A stretch of 64,000 bases of DNA from Octopus sinensis (Eukaryota). Positions 11,839 to 23,824 of the stretch are shown here, one piece after another; the first letter of the stretch is position 1; every line of letters begins with the position of its first letter. Below the pieces are notes generated by a model. That model was given only the letters and a program-made list of their open reading frames with translations. It had not been told where the DNA came from and searched no databases. Location: NCBI RefSeq assembly GCF_006345805.1, contig NC_042999.1:57536001-57600000 (forward strand). The letters are read 5' to 3'. The translations under genes were made by a program, and so were the position numbers.

Positions 11839-12811
11839 TGTTAGATAACAACCATCTTCGGCTATTTTGACCTTGTTGTGTCCACCGCTCCGATTAGTTG
11901 ACATTGGCGCAGTTTGTCTCTTGACTTATTTCGCGCCAGTGTGTACATCAACCAATCACGGCCTTCGGATAAGGTCCCATGACAGTCTTTTTGGGGTTTC
12001 ACTGGAACCCACCTCAGGTTATAAAAAGGCGCCAGCAAATCACTATTTCTCGTCTTAGGTTCCAGTCCTTCTCAGGACTAACCTCTGACCACAGAGCGAC
12101 ACAGCCAGTTCCAGTTCCAGTGACAGACGTCGCTAACATACACCAGCAACGCAGGACGTTTTCACCACCGACGCCTTTCTCTGCCGTCGCCATCACCATC
12201 ATCGTCCTTCAACTTTGCGCCGTCTCCATCTCTGTTGCCTTCATCTCCAGCAACACCAATATGTACACAACAACTCGCTCAGGTTTAGCTTACACGCTGT
12301 TGTGATTTTCACCATGGTTAACAGCACAGCACTACCTGCAAGAATTCCTGTATCAGGAGACCTGGCACAGCACTGAGGCCCCAACTACTACACGACATGT
12401 GTTCAACCGGCATTCTGCCTTGTGACCCCAACATCCTGTTACACAACTATTACTATTGTGTAACCTTATTACGAACTAGTAAATTAACTCCATCTTGTCT
12501 AAAATACCCTGAGAGACTCTTTCCTATGCTCTGTATTTTGTTTTGCCCGTATACACCTTGTTTGTACTTCTGTCGCAAACACGAACACACAGATACAAAC
12601 ACTTGTCGCATGCACACATACACTTCACTTTGCTAGCACCCATACTTTATCCTATTGTACACATCTGTAAATAAAGTCTTCTCTCTCAAACAGTAGAACG
12701 GTTGTCGTCCTTATTATTCTTTTTGGCACTTATTCATTTATATCATGTATCTGGTTTCTTATTTTGTTAGGGCGACCGTGCAGCGTTAAAAAAGAGACAT
12801 TTCTGTCACCA
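11839..12811 (+). mobile_element. Possible solo LTR
   Basis: TG...CA termini, flanks ACTCG/ACTCC (4/5), TATAAAAAG at 12020, AATAAA at 12670, higher GC than surroundings; no second copy in window. Confidence 0.35.
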
Positions 12812-14052
12812 ACTCCTTATGTGCGGTCGTTTTCCCTACACTGGTTTAAAAATCGAAAAAACTGTGTATTTATAGCCAGGAATTTTCTGCGTTTAGCAAA
12901 GCGTTGTCCACTTTAAAGTTGTACCCTATGAAAGGACCTCTTCATTGTAGGTGAAGGCGCAGTTACATCCCCTGACGGCGGCTGCCTAATTAGTTGGACA
13001 ATAGACGACATATGCAACATTAAGTTTCAGACACTCACCTCTTCCTCTTTCTGCATCGGGACGCGAGACAGCGAAGATGTAATCTAGTTGACTCTCTCTC
13101 ACACCACACGCCAGCTAGCAGAAATGGAAGCAACGCACAGGAAAAGACCATGGTCTCCACGCATCAAACCATTTCCATTTATCATTCAGCTTGTGTATAT
13201 AAGTGTGGTCACATTAAAGATATTTAAAGTTACCACCTTGTTCCATGTATTTCTTTATACCGTGTTCCTGTCAAATGATATTATAGCCTTCTGAAGAGAG
13301 TCATGTTTAGATGGTGTTGAATATTATGGCTGTAGATCCATCTAAATAGGTTTCTAAATAAACAGAAATACCTAATAGAATCAACATGTATCATCTTACT
13401 GTTTCTTTTGTTTCATTGATTATATGTTATTATTCTTTTAAATTTGTAATATTAATATATTTGTCTGCATGGGTTTACTTTAGGCATATTTCAGCATTAT
13501 GATTATCTGTCATGTATTTGTGTACACTATTAATATATAAGTACTCGCGCGTGTGTGTGTGTGAAAAGGGGGCGTCTGTCTCCAAAACTTCAAAGTTGAG
13601 TAATGCTTTCATGCTGGGATTTGTAAAGTACTGGTCAGCAAAGACTACAAATCTTATCTATTTTTGCATGCAGAATTCAAAAATAATCTCAAATTATCTG
13701 TACTAAGTTCACATATTCCATTCACTTTTATAATGCCAAGAAACTGTATAAACACCGCAAACAACTTTGATTAATGTTGACGTTATTACTCAGAAACGGA
13801 ATCGAAAAAAAAAAAAAGTAATGCAACGTGTGTAAAAAAAGGTGTGGGAAACGAATATGAAAGCAAAAATGCGCGGAAAGCAACGGGGTGGGGACTTCAG
13901 AAAATTCAAAATATCCGAGTTTTTCTCTCATAACTTTTAGGAAATAGGTTTTTTTTTTTAAATGAAATTTTATATAAATATCTTTCAAACGGCATACATT
14001 ACGATTATAACGGCATTTGTGGGTAAAATGTTTTCTGAAGGGGTGGGAAGAG

Positions 14053-14756
14053 GACTTCGGAAAATTCACAAGATCTGATTTTCCCCTCGTAACTTTAAGG
14101 AAAATGGATATCTTTTAATGAAATTGTATATAAAATACCTTTCAAACGAAATGCTTTGCGGATGCCTAACGTGTCGTAAGCCCCTTATTTTTGTCCGGAA
14201 AAAGGAGGTGGGGGGACCGGAATTATTTGAAAATGTTTTTCTTTTTTTCGATGAATGAATTACGGTGATCTAATATGCCACAATCTGCAATCAATATATC
14301 CAGTGATTTTTAAGAGGTATGTAAAAGATATTTTGTTTTAATATAATTTTACTTAATTCACACACACAAACACTAACGTGGTTTTTATAAGGATTTTATA
14401 TGGATTCTTTCCTACTCGTGTCCACACTTCGTTACCACTAATTTCTATAACTTCAGCTTTTCCACTTATTCTTTTCAAACTTGTCTGAATTTTCAATCTA
14501 ATGTAATCCACACCCTAGAAAACGTATTTCTGCAAAATGTAAAGAAAAGTGGCTAATGCAGTTTCGCATCTCACCTTCAGAAACTCGTTTATTGGAGTCA
14601 ATTCCCTTTTCCGAACAAAACTAAGAGGTTTGCGGTACATTAGGCATCCGTAATGCATGTCGTTTGAAAGGTATTTATATACAATTTCATTAAAAGATAT
14701 CCGTTTCCCTTAAAGTTACGAGGAGAAAAATCGGATCTTGTGAATTTTCCGAAGTC
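14053..14756. mobile_element. Non-autonomous DNA transposon with ~160-bp TIRs; extra TIR copy at ~13885-14010
   Basis: GACTTCGGAAAATTCACAAGATC...ACCTTTCAAACG matches the reverse complement of ~14600-14756. Confidence 0.75.
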
Positions 14757-15389
14757 AACATTAACCACAACTTTTGCTATAAATGAAAAATATGTAAAAT
14801 ATTGAGACAATTGGCGAAAAATATCTATAATAAAATTCTAATTGATAACTATAAATTTTTATTAAAACAAGATACGCGGGTGAAGTAAATCTCGTGGTGT
14901 GAAGAATCAAGATAATGTGCGGTTATCATGGTAACAAGCTGTTAATGTCTCACTGTTTGTTGATTGGCTAAAATTTCCCAACTTTAATTCCAAATAACAT
15001 CAAATTCTTTAATTTACGAGATAAAGTAATTAGTTGATCGTAATCGAAATTCAGAGTTGCATCGATACACCAAAATTGAAAGCAATCTGAGCAAAAATTA
15101 AAGGGTGCTCATTTTGCGAATGAAAAAGACTAACTGGTTATACGAGGGAAACTGTCGGAGTAATCGTATTCTGAAAGCTAGTTTCGAACAGCAAAGGAAG
15201 CCGGTTGATTTCACATTTGTTGTTATTACCAAAGGGATGTGCATCAGGGTTAGGAATTCCCTAAACTAGTGAACACCAAACTCAACTACATTACCTTATA
15301 CAAGTTACTGGGGATGTTACTTAAACTGCGAGAAATAACAGGCATACTTACCTCAGACACGTTCAGTAGTCTTGAAGCGGAGAGCGATA

Positions 15390-15777
15390 CTCTCTCTTTT
15401 ACTCTTTTAATTGTTTCAGTCATTTGACTGCGGCCATGCTGGAGCACCGCCTTTAGTCGAGCAACTCGACCCCGGGACTTATTCTTTTGTAAGCCCAGTA
15501 CTTATTCTCTCGGTCTCTTTTTGCCGAACCGCTAAATGACGGGGACATAAACACACCAGCATCGGTTGTCAAGCAATGCTAGGGGGACAGACACAGACAC
15601 ACAAACATATACACACATATATCTATATACATATATACGACGAGCTTCTTTCAGTTTCCGTCTCCCAAATCCACTCACAAGGCTTTGGTCGGCCCGAGGC
15701 TATAGTAGGTGCCACGCAGTGGGACTGAACCCGGAACCATGTGGTTGGTAGGCAAGCTACTTACCACACAGCCACTC
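15390..15777 (-). mobile_element. Family B SINE
   Basis: Reverse complement of the 1403-1785 family, with a small internal deletion. Confidence 0.9.
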
Positions 15778-15981
15778 ATTGAATTAAATTTTAAAACATC
15801 TTCAATTTTTCGTGTTACAGCTCGGCTGGTAGGCTTAATCCGTCGCGCAGCTTAACATCACCACTTGGTCTTAGAGTGATGTTACAAGCATTGGTGCCAG
15901 ACCTCCGTTTGAAAATAACTTCTCTTCCTCCCATCAGTCATCGAGGTCCTAAAGAAAATATAAGTTTGTAGGGTTAAACGA

Positions 15982-16663
15982 CCATGAGAGTTTCGGACCC
16001 CAGTAATGAACTGATTTGCGTACAACCAATTAGAGCAGAACTATCTTTATCCTTTCTTCCTTTCAAGTCAGTTCCGTGCATTCCTTACTCTTTCCCTCTC
16101 TACTGGCAGACAACAACCTTCTTATCACTATCGAAAAAAAAATTCGCTATCACTACAAGTACTACAGTCTCTCTAACTACCTGTCGGGCAAACGAATAAA
16201 TATATGTAAATGATATTCCTTCCTTCTTGGTGTTGATCCTTCGATGTTCACTGGTTACTCCGACGTTGGCACAATAATATATTCGCCCAAACTAAATTGC
16301 TGTTTTTAAACCTTTATAACATTTTAAAAATCATTTTTCTGGAAAAAAAAATGAAATAACTCCAGCAATTCAATTTGGGCAAGTGTATTATTATGCCACC
16401 GTCATTGAACAACGAAGGATCAACACCAAGAAGGAAGAAATATTATTTACATATATCTATTTGTTTGTCCGACAGGTAGTTAGAGAGACAGTAGTACTTG
16501 TAGTGATAGCAATTTTTTTTTTCGATAGTGATAAAAAGGTTGTCTGCCAGTAGAGAGGGAAAGAGTAAGGGATGCACGGTACTGACTAGAAAGGATAAAG
16601 ATAGCTCTGCTCTGATTGGCTGTATGCAAATGAGTTCATTACTGGGGTCCGGAACTCTCGTGG
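15982..16663. repeat. Long hairpin element (~330-bp arms, ~40-bp spacer)
   Basis: Arms 15982-~16310 and ~16350-16663 are reverse complements; the ORF track reads similar peptides from both strands. Confidence 0.9.
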
Positions 16664-17590
16664 AAAACATTACGCGGCTGGGTGAAGAGTAATGTTTCGG
16701 AAAGACTTCGGCCCCCCACCCCTCATTTTCTCTCAAATTTGTTTATTTTTGTAAATTTTTTTTTTCCCCAAAATCCCCGTTTTCGGATACGGAGGTTCCG
16801 GAAAATTGCCAAAAGTCGGCTTTGTGAAATTTTCTGAAGCTACATCCCCATATAATTTTATTTCCGAATCACCACTGTATTCGAGCATGTTTCTGGTCAA
16901 CTGCATTGCAGCTGTGACTACCCTGCCTTTTGTAATCGTGCGAATGTCAACGTGTCCTTTTTCTATTTTAACATTGTACACTGTAATTTCCCCGACACAA
17001 TTGCTTACTATACACAGCGGACATACTTGTATTATACGTCATAGATCTGGTTCGTGATTTTATTTACATTTGGGTTTACGATCAGAATGAGAAGGGTTAC
17101 CAACAAAACAAATAGGTTTCGAATTTGTAGTCTTCCAGTATCTATCAAGTCTTATAAACCTGTTTGGTTGTATATGTACCGACGAAATCACTTGTTTACT
17201 CACTTCATATAGTATTTATCATACTTGCTGCTTTGTAAGTTAACTTCCTTTACATTTTAATTACCTATTGGTATCGTTAACCGATTTGGCCAACCATGTC
17301 CCCGTCTCACAAAAACAGTATTCACTATCTCCATAAACTTACCATCAGAATTTCAATTTTACTTTCGCTGATATTTTCTCTGATCTTTAGCTTTTCATTT
17401 GTTAGGATCCCCAGCCGTGTTCTGAAATTATTTTATGGATTCGTAATTCTATAACAGGAATCATCATCATCATTATTGGATCTTTTCCTTTTGATCGGCA
17501 GGTCGATAAATTCGTGTTCTATATGACACATTCTACCAGTATCCGAAGTTCGAAAGTGTTTACTTACAAATTATGGATCTTTTCCTTTTT

Positions 17591-18762
17591 CGTTACAAAT
17601 TATGGATCTTTTCCTTTTGATCGGTAGGTCGATAAATTGATTCTTTTTAACTAAACAAAAATAAATTTTTAAGTTTGAAATTGTTTAGTTAAGCACTCAG
17701 GTGTTTAGTTGGTTGGCTGGAAGGTACACTAGTTGGCTAGGAGGGTGGTTTGTTTGCCTTTCCTGTGGGGTGGCTCTGCACCCTCTTTAAGTTTAACTTA
17801 ATCGCTTCGGCCATTTGCTCATGGAATTGCCGCCTCGCAATAGTATAAGAGAAACGATAAGTTTAAAAACATACGGCTGCCAGGTGCCGTATAAGCTGAT
17901 GGCTTGCGGGCTAGGAACGGGGCCCGCATGTCAGGTTGAGTGTGTTGCCCCCCACCCACGTTCGGCTGCTTCTTTACCTTCCCCTGCGGTGGACAACAGG
18001 CCATCTTCACCGCATGGTACATTTAGTGGCCCTTAGAATAGTGATGTAACAGATGTCGCATATTGTGCCCGAATTATTCCCGGATTTGACAGGACCTATC
18101 TAGTGTAATATATCCTACCCACACCCTGGTAGTGAAGGGCTTTTAACTCGCGCCGTACCTAGTATAGGACACCTCCTCCATGACGTCCACTCTCTTTTTT
18201 TAGAAGTGGACCGAGAATAGGTTTATTAGGGACCTCATCCATGACGTCCACTTTCTTTTTTTTTTTTTTTTAGACCGGGAGGAGCGAGGGTATCCAGCCT
18301 CACTCCGGCTGGGAGTGAACTTTCGTTGCCAATTCCCTGCGTATTATGCGTAGTGAAGTAGCTACCGGGGGAGTGTTAGAGATAGGGTATTCAGATGGGT
18401 TAAATTTTCAACCTAGATTGTGTCCTATTATAAAAGGAAATATAAAAAGAACGCCGGCTGTGGCTTCAAGCGATACCGTTTCCCTTGGAATATTATATCT
18501 AGCTTTTATTGTTTTATTTATTTTTTAATATTGTCTGGGACAGTGGGATCGCCCTGGCTTTTGAGGTGAGCCTTACGTTTAGTGCGCGTTGCTAAGACGA
18601 GGCATATCGTGGGACCACCCACGTTAAATAAAAAATTTTTAACTAAAAAAAAATTAATTTTTAAGGCTGAAAGTGTTTAGTTAAAAATTACTTTTTGTTT
18701 AGTTAAAAAAATGTAATTTATCGATCTGCCGATCAAAAGGAAAAGATCCATAATTTGTAACG
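17591..18762. mobile_element. TIR-bounded element with GC-rich non-coding interior
   Basis: ~80-bp TIR CGTTACAAATTATGGATCTTTTCCTTTTGATCGG...; partial extra TIR copies at 17478-17515 and 17561-17590. Confidence 0.75.
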
Positions 18763-19082
18763 ATCCTTTATTTGTAACGAGGAAACGAAGTCATTTCTTT
18801 GTTTACCTCAAAGGCATACACATGCCTATCGCATCTATGCCCCTTTAAACACAACATTTAGCATTGACCACTACGAACATCTACGTTGACCTGTGGAAAA
18901 ATAATAAACAAAATTTATAATAATAATAATAATCAATAATGCTAATAATAATCAATAATAATATTTCTTTATTAATTACAAAGGGTTTACATTTAGAAAA
19001 ACGTTATGGACAGCACAGGACAAAACAAACAATGTGTGTGTGTGTGTGTGCATGAATGCTTGTTGTGAGGGTTTTGCGTTTA

Positions 19083-19480
19083 AATAATATTAGTCGGAGT
19101 AGCTAGATGGCTTTCTGTTGCAAAAAGATCAAGTTCCTATATTCGGGATACTTTTGATTTTGTGACTAAAATCAACAACTTTTTTAAGCACCGAGGCCAT
19201 GTCGAAAACTGTTTTTTTTGGTAACCATGGATGTTTCTTCCTTATATCCTAATATTGACCACGATGAAGGGGTAGAAGCATGCTTGAATGCCTTCGAAAA
19301 ACAGTCAAACAAAAGTATTCCATCTGATTTTCTCTGCACGCTATTGAGGTTTATGTTACAAAGTAATACAATGAAGTTTGGATAAAAAATTTTACCACCA
19401 GACGAGGGGTTGCGTCATGGGTACCCCCACAGCAGTTAATCTCGTTAATATCTTCATGACGCAAATTCGAGACTCAGTTA
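19083..19480 (+). mobile_element. Penelope-like element RT fragment (frameshifted)
   Basis: YIRDTFDFVTKIN..LVTMDVSSLYPNIDHDEGVEAC..KFYHQTRGCVMGTPTAVNLVNIFM, the PLE RT motif pattern. Confidence 0.85.
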
Positions 19481-19518
19481 CTGAAGACATTCAATATATA
19501 TATATACATATACATATC

Positions 19519-19684
19519 TACGACGGGCTTCTTTCAGTTTCCGTCTACCAAATTCACTCACAAGATTTTTGGTCGGCCCGAGGCTATAGTAGAAGACACT
19601 TGCCCAAAGTGCCACGCAGTGGAACTGAACCCGGAACCATGTCGCTGGTAAGCAAGCTACTTACCACACAGCCACTCCTGTGCC
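19519..19684 (-). mobile_element. Family B SINE, 5' half
   Basis: Homology to 1403-1565. Confidence 0.85.
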
Positions 19685-20099
19685 TATGTCTATTTACCTC
19701 TGTGAAGAGTTACGTCAATTCTTTTAAAATATAATAACAATAATAATAATATTATTATTATGAATAATAATAATATTGTCTTCTTTAAATTTTGCTTCCA
19801 TTTCTTATTGAGTATCTTTTCAATACCTAGAGCAAAGAAACTCACTATATACATTGGTAGGCCACCAAAATTACCACACCAGATTGTTCATTTACAAAGT
19901 CATGTGATAGAAAAAGGAGAAAAAAGACAGAGAGAAAAGGGGGAAAAGGAAAAATGTTAAACAAGAAAAAGTAATTAAAATGGGGAAAGGAAAGAAAATT
20001 CACAGGGACACTGCTCTTCTCAATATGTGTGACCAGTTACCAGTTAAGAGATCATCCTCAGATAACGTTCAGTTCCTTTTTTGATCATTCCAAATGCTC

Positions 20100-21480
20100 C
20101 TATTATCGTTATTATTATTTAATGTAAACTCTCGTCTTATTTTGCTGGCTATGATGGAAAGTGTCAGCTGTCCACAGCCAGCAGACTAAGGTGACACTTG
20201 TTTACCGGTCATGCTTCAAGAACCCTGTGAAGAATTCTTGCAGTTCCAAGCAATGCTGATTTTTGTTGGTGTTCTTACCGTTACATTTGTGCCAACCTTT
20301 TTGAGCCATGTTGGTAGTTGAGCGCTGATACTTCCAAGTGCACCCCTTACTATTGCATAACATCTAATCTCCACATTGATCACAATCTTCATATTTCTCA
20401 TTTCAAATCGTCATAGTTGTTCAGTTTTTCTTCTCTCTCTTTGATCCTGTTGTCACTAAACATGCTATGCCAATTATCATGCATGTTCTTTCTTTCTTTT
20501 TTTTTTTTTTTCACCACTACAATGTCCAGACTCCGGTGCCTGGTTGAGTGACCTCACTGAATCATTGCATCCCACAAGATTTTGCAATTTTCATTCTCGG
20601 TGACTCCTTCTGGGGTTTTCTCATACCACATCTTTGCTCTTTGTAGGCCGTGATTTACACAGAGCTCCCAGTGAATTATTCTTGCCACATTGTTGTGTCG
20701 TCTTTTGTATTTGCGTTGTACCAATTTTGAGCATTGATAATGATGTGCCATACCATTTCACTCCTTTCACTACACATCCTGCTTTTATCACTATCAGTAG
20801 CGGCAATTCTGCACTTCACATAGTTAGTCCTTAATGCTTGTTCTTGTGCTGTGCATATAAGTGCTTCTGTCTCTATCTTCAGGTTACTCCTCCTCATCTA
20901 TAACCACTAGTCTTCTGTATCTGTCTTGGCATTTGTATCTCTTGCAAACTGACTGTACATTTTCTCTCCTTCCTGGGGTTATTTTTTTACTTCCTTTTCC
21001 TTCTTAAGTTTTTATTTCTAAACACAATTATCAGTTTTAATGGTGCCAACCTTCTTCACATGTTTCAACAATGGTTCCACAGTATTTTTTTTACATACCA
21101 CTTTAAGATATTTTCTTCTGCTTCAATAAAATCCTGGCAACTGATCAAACCTCTCCCTCCCTTTCTTCTGCACAAATACAGCATATTGGCATCACTCTTA
21201 AGGTGGAAGGCTCTGTGCACTGTCAACATTTTTCTTGTCTTCGTATTGTTCTTCAGTTCTTTCTTTTGCCAGTTTGTGACACCAACTCCATACTGAAGTG
21301 ATGCTATCGCCCATGAACTGCTTGGGTTTCATTCCATCTGGTCAATTTTGAGTGCAACACCAATCTTAGACTTCAGAAATATTCCATCTTCAGTTGCTCT
21401 TTCATTTCCATCTCCATTATTTCTTTCAACTCTAGTATGCGAAGATATTTGCAGCCTTCCTTTACAATATGTTTAATCAG
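20100..21480 (-). mobile_element. R4/Dong-clade non-LTR retrotransposon 3' part (RT C-terminus, CCHC knuckle, RLE region), degraded
   Basis: KTRKMLTVHRAFHLKSDANMLYLCRRKGGRGLI; RRSNLKIETEALICTAQEQALRTN; KRRHNNVARIIHWELC..ENENCKILWD; IVRGALGSI; (TAA)n-like tail. Confidence 0.8.
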
Positions 21481-21484
21481 TTCT

Positions 21485-21705
21485 CTATTCATCATCATCA
21501 TCATTTAACATCCATTTTCCATGCTAGCATGGGTTGGACGGTTCAACCAGGGTCTGGGAAGCCAGGGGGCTGCACCAGGCTTCAGTCTGATCTGACAGTG
21601 TTTCTACAGCTGGATACCCTTCCTAATGCCAACCACTCCGTGAGTGTAGTGGGTGCTTTTACGAGGCAACAGCACAGGGGCCAGAAGAGGCTGGCAACGG
21701 CCAAT
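21485..21705 (-). mobile_element. 3' UTR fragment of RTE LINE (family of 61651-64000); related copies at 22690-22816, 35110-35300, 49515-49680
   Basis: (CAT)n then TTTAAC..TTCCATGCTAGCATGGG..CTACAGCTGGAT.CCCTTCCTAATGCCAACCAC, shared with the 3' end of the RTE at ~61650-62100. Confidence 0.8.
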
Positions 21706-21819
21706 TAGGTATTTCTATCCCTGTGTGTGTGTATGTGTGAGCATGTGCATGTGTGTGTATGTGCACACACAGGCATGTGTAGCAGTAACACTCTCCTAAA
21801 AGTTTGAGCAATATCTCAT

Positions 21820-21844
21820 ATATATATATAGATATATATATATA

Positions 21845-21929
<85 letters not shown>
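21820..21929. repeat. (TA)n microsatellite
   Basis: Direct reading. Confidence 0.95.
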
Positions 21930-21931
<2 letters not shown>

Positions 21932-21980
21932 ATACTTTATTATTAAAGCTGCAAAAACATCACAAAATTATCACAAAAAT

Positions 21981-22018
21981 CTGCTACTCAGAGTTTCACG
22001 TTCCCATTCATCAGGCAG
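21981..22018 (-). ncRNA. Type I hammerhead ribozyme motif (minimal)
   Basis: Minus strand CTGC-CTGATGA-ATG(GGAA)CGT-GAAA-CTCTGAG-TA-GCAG: intact core, stem I CTGC/GCAG, GUA cleavage triplet, palindromic stem III. Confidence 0.75.
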
Positions 22019-22042
22019 TTGTCATCACATTCTTGATCACAA

Positions 22043-22078
22043 CTGTCCAATGAATGGGAACGTGAAACTGAGTAGTAG
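22043..22078 (+). ncRNA. Degenerate inverted copy of the hammerhead motif
   Basis: CTGT-CCAATGA-ATGGGAACGT-GAAAC-TGAGTA-GTAG; core mutated, stem III partly deleted. Confidence 0.5.
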
Positions 22079-23337
22079 TTTTTTGTGATAATTTTGTGAT
22101 GTTTTTTCAGCTTTGATAATAAAGTATATTACCTCCAGTATTTGAGTACTATTTTTTCCCACCTTGTTTCACATTTATGTTCTTACTCACGCATATATAT
22201 ATATATATATACCATTGGCTCTCTCAGTTTCCATGTGTCAAATCCACTCACAAGGCTTTCATCAGTCCAAGGCTACAGTAGAAGACACTGCCCAAGGTGC
22301 CACACAGTAGGGCTGAACCAGAGACCATGTGGTTGGGAAGCAAACTTCTTACATTAAATTTAAAACCTGACAACTACCCTAGCTTCCACCTGTGATACAA
22401 AGAATGTTGCAACACCTCAATAGGAAACCACTAACACAGATTTTCAGCTCCTGGTCATGTGTCTATAATTGTGACACCAACTCCATACTGAAGTGATGCT
22501 ATCGCCCATGAACTGCTTGGATTTCATTCCATCTGGTCAATTTTGAGTGCAACACCAATCTTAGACTTCAGAAATATTCCATCTTCAGTTACTCTTTCAT
22601 TTCCATCTCCATTATTTCTTTCAACTCTAGTATGCGAAGATATTTGCAGCCTTCCTTTACAATATGTTTAATCAGTTCTCTATTCATCATCATCATCATT
22701 TAACATCCGTTTTCCATGCTAGCATGGGTTGGACGGTTCAACCGGGGTCTGGGAAGCCAGGGGGCTGCACCAGGCTTCAGTCTGATCTGACAGTGTTTCT
22801 ACAGCTGGATACCCTTAAATTGGTCCGTTAATTTGATACCTCTGCAGCCAGCCCTCTAGGGCATCTCCTTTACCCTTGTAGCAGTTGGTGATGTGACTGT
22901 TAGGCCAGTTATTGGGTTCACATATACAACCTGATTGATTATGAGAGTGACCAGCATATGAGTTGCTTCACCAGTTATCACTCTACCAGTGAATGTTCCT
23001 AATGGCTCAGCTGTCTTCTCCACTTTCTTATCTTTAGTTTTGTTTTCACAAATACAGCTGTCAACTTCAATGGTTGGTCCTTTTGTTGGGTCTACTTGCA
23101 ACACACCCTTTTTGTTCCAGGCATTCTCTTCATTTAGTAAACGTTGAGGTAGCATTTCCATATCTCTTTTTCCAGTGTCAAGACATGTACATTACTATCA
23201 TTCTACTACATACAATTCACAAGGCTTACTGACATTTTCTCTCTTTTATACTGTTCAGTCATTTGAAACACATATGATTACAGATATTTTCTATTCAGGT
23301 AACACATATTTGAAATTTTATTGCTTTTAGGCTAACT

Positions 23338-23824
23338 ATGAAGATATTAGGATTAGAGTTTGCTCCAATCTTCATTCCTCTTGAAAGACGTATACAGACA
23401 GCTTTTGTCTTTCTATGGACACTGTGTTTCATATGTTTGGGCTTTGGAAGTCTTGCCTTCTTCATCTACCTCTTATTCACTGAATACTATTTCATACCTC
23501 TGGCTTATTTAATATGGTACATCTATGACTTCAACAAATGTGAGCAAGGAGGCCGTCGTCTTCTGTGGCAATTTAACAATCCTGTTTGGAAATACTTTGC
23601 TGATTACTTTCCTATAAAGCTCATCAAGACAGCAGAGCTTGATCCATCCAAGAACTATATAGTTGGTTTCCATCCACATGGAGTCATGTGTGCTGGTGCC
23701 TTTGCAAACTTTGCAACAAATGGAACAGGTTTCAGCCAAATTTTCTCAAATATGCATCAATATTTGTGTATCCTAAAAGGACAGTTTCACTTTCCATTCT
23801 ACAGAGATCTTCTGATGACTACTG
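23338..23824 (+). CDS. MOGAT: MOGAT/DGAT2-family acyltransferase, coding exon 1 of 4
   Basis: MKILGLEFAPIFIPLERRIQT..KYFADYFPIKLIKT..YIVGFHPHGV (HPHG motif); acceptor TTTTAG 7 nt before ATG; donor G|GTGAGT, phase 1. Confidence 0.95.

Noticed and set aside
16800-17425. Minus-strand exon-like segments (TRLGILTNEKLKIRE.., FIRLDRYWK.., YNVKIEKGHVDIR..)
   Set aside because: Implied introns are only ~37-44 nt, phases do not join, and no protein family is recognised.
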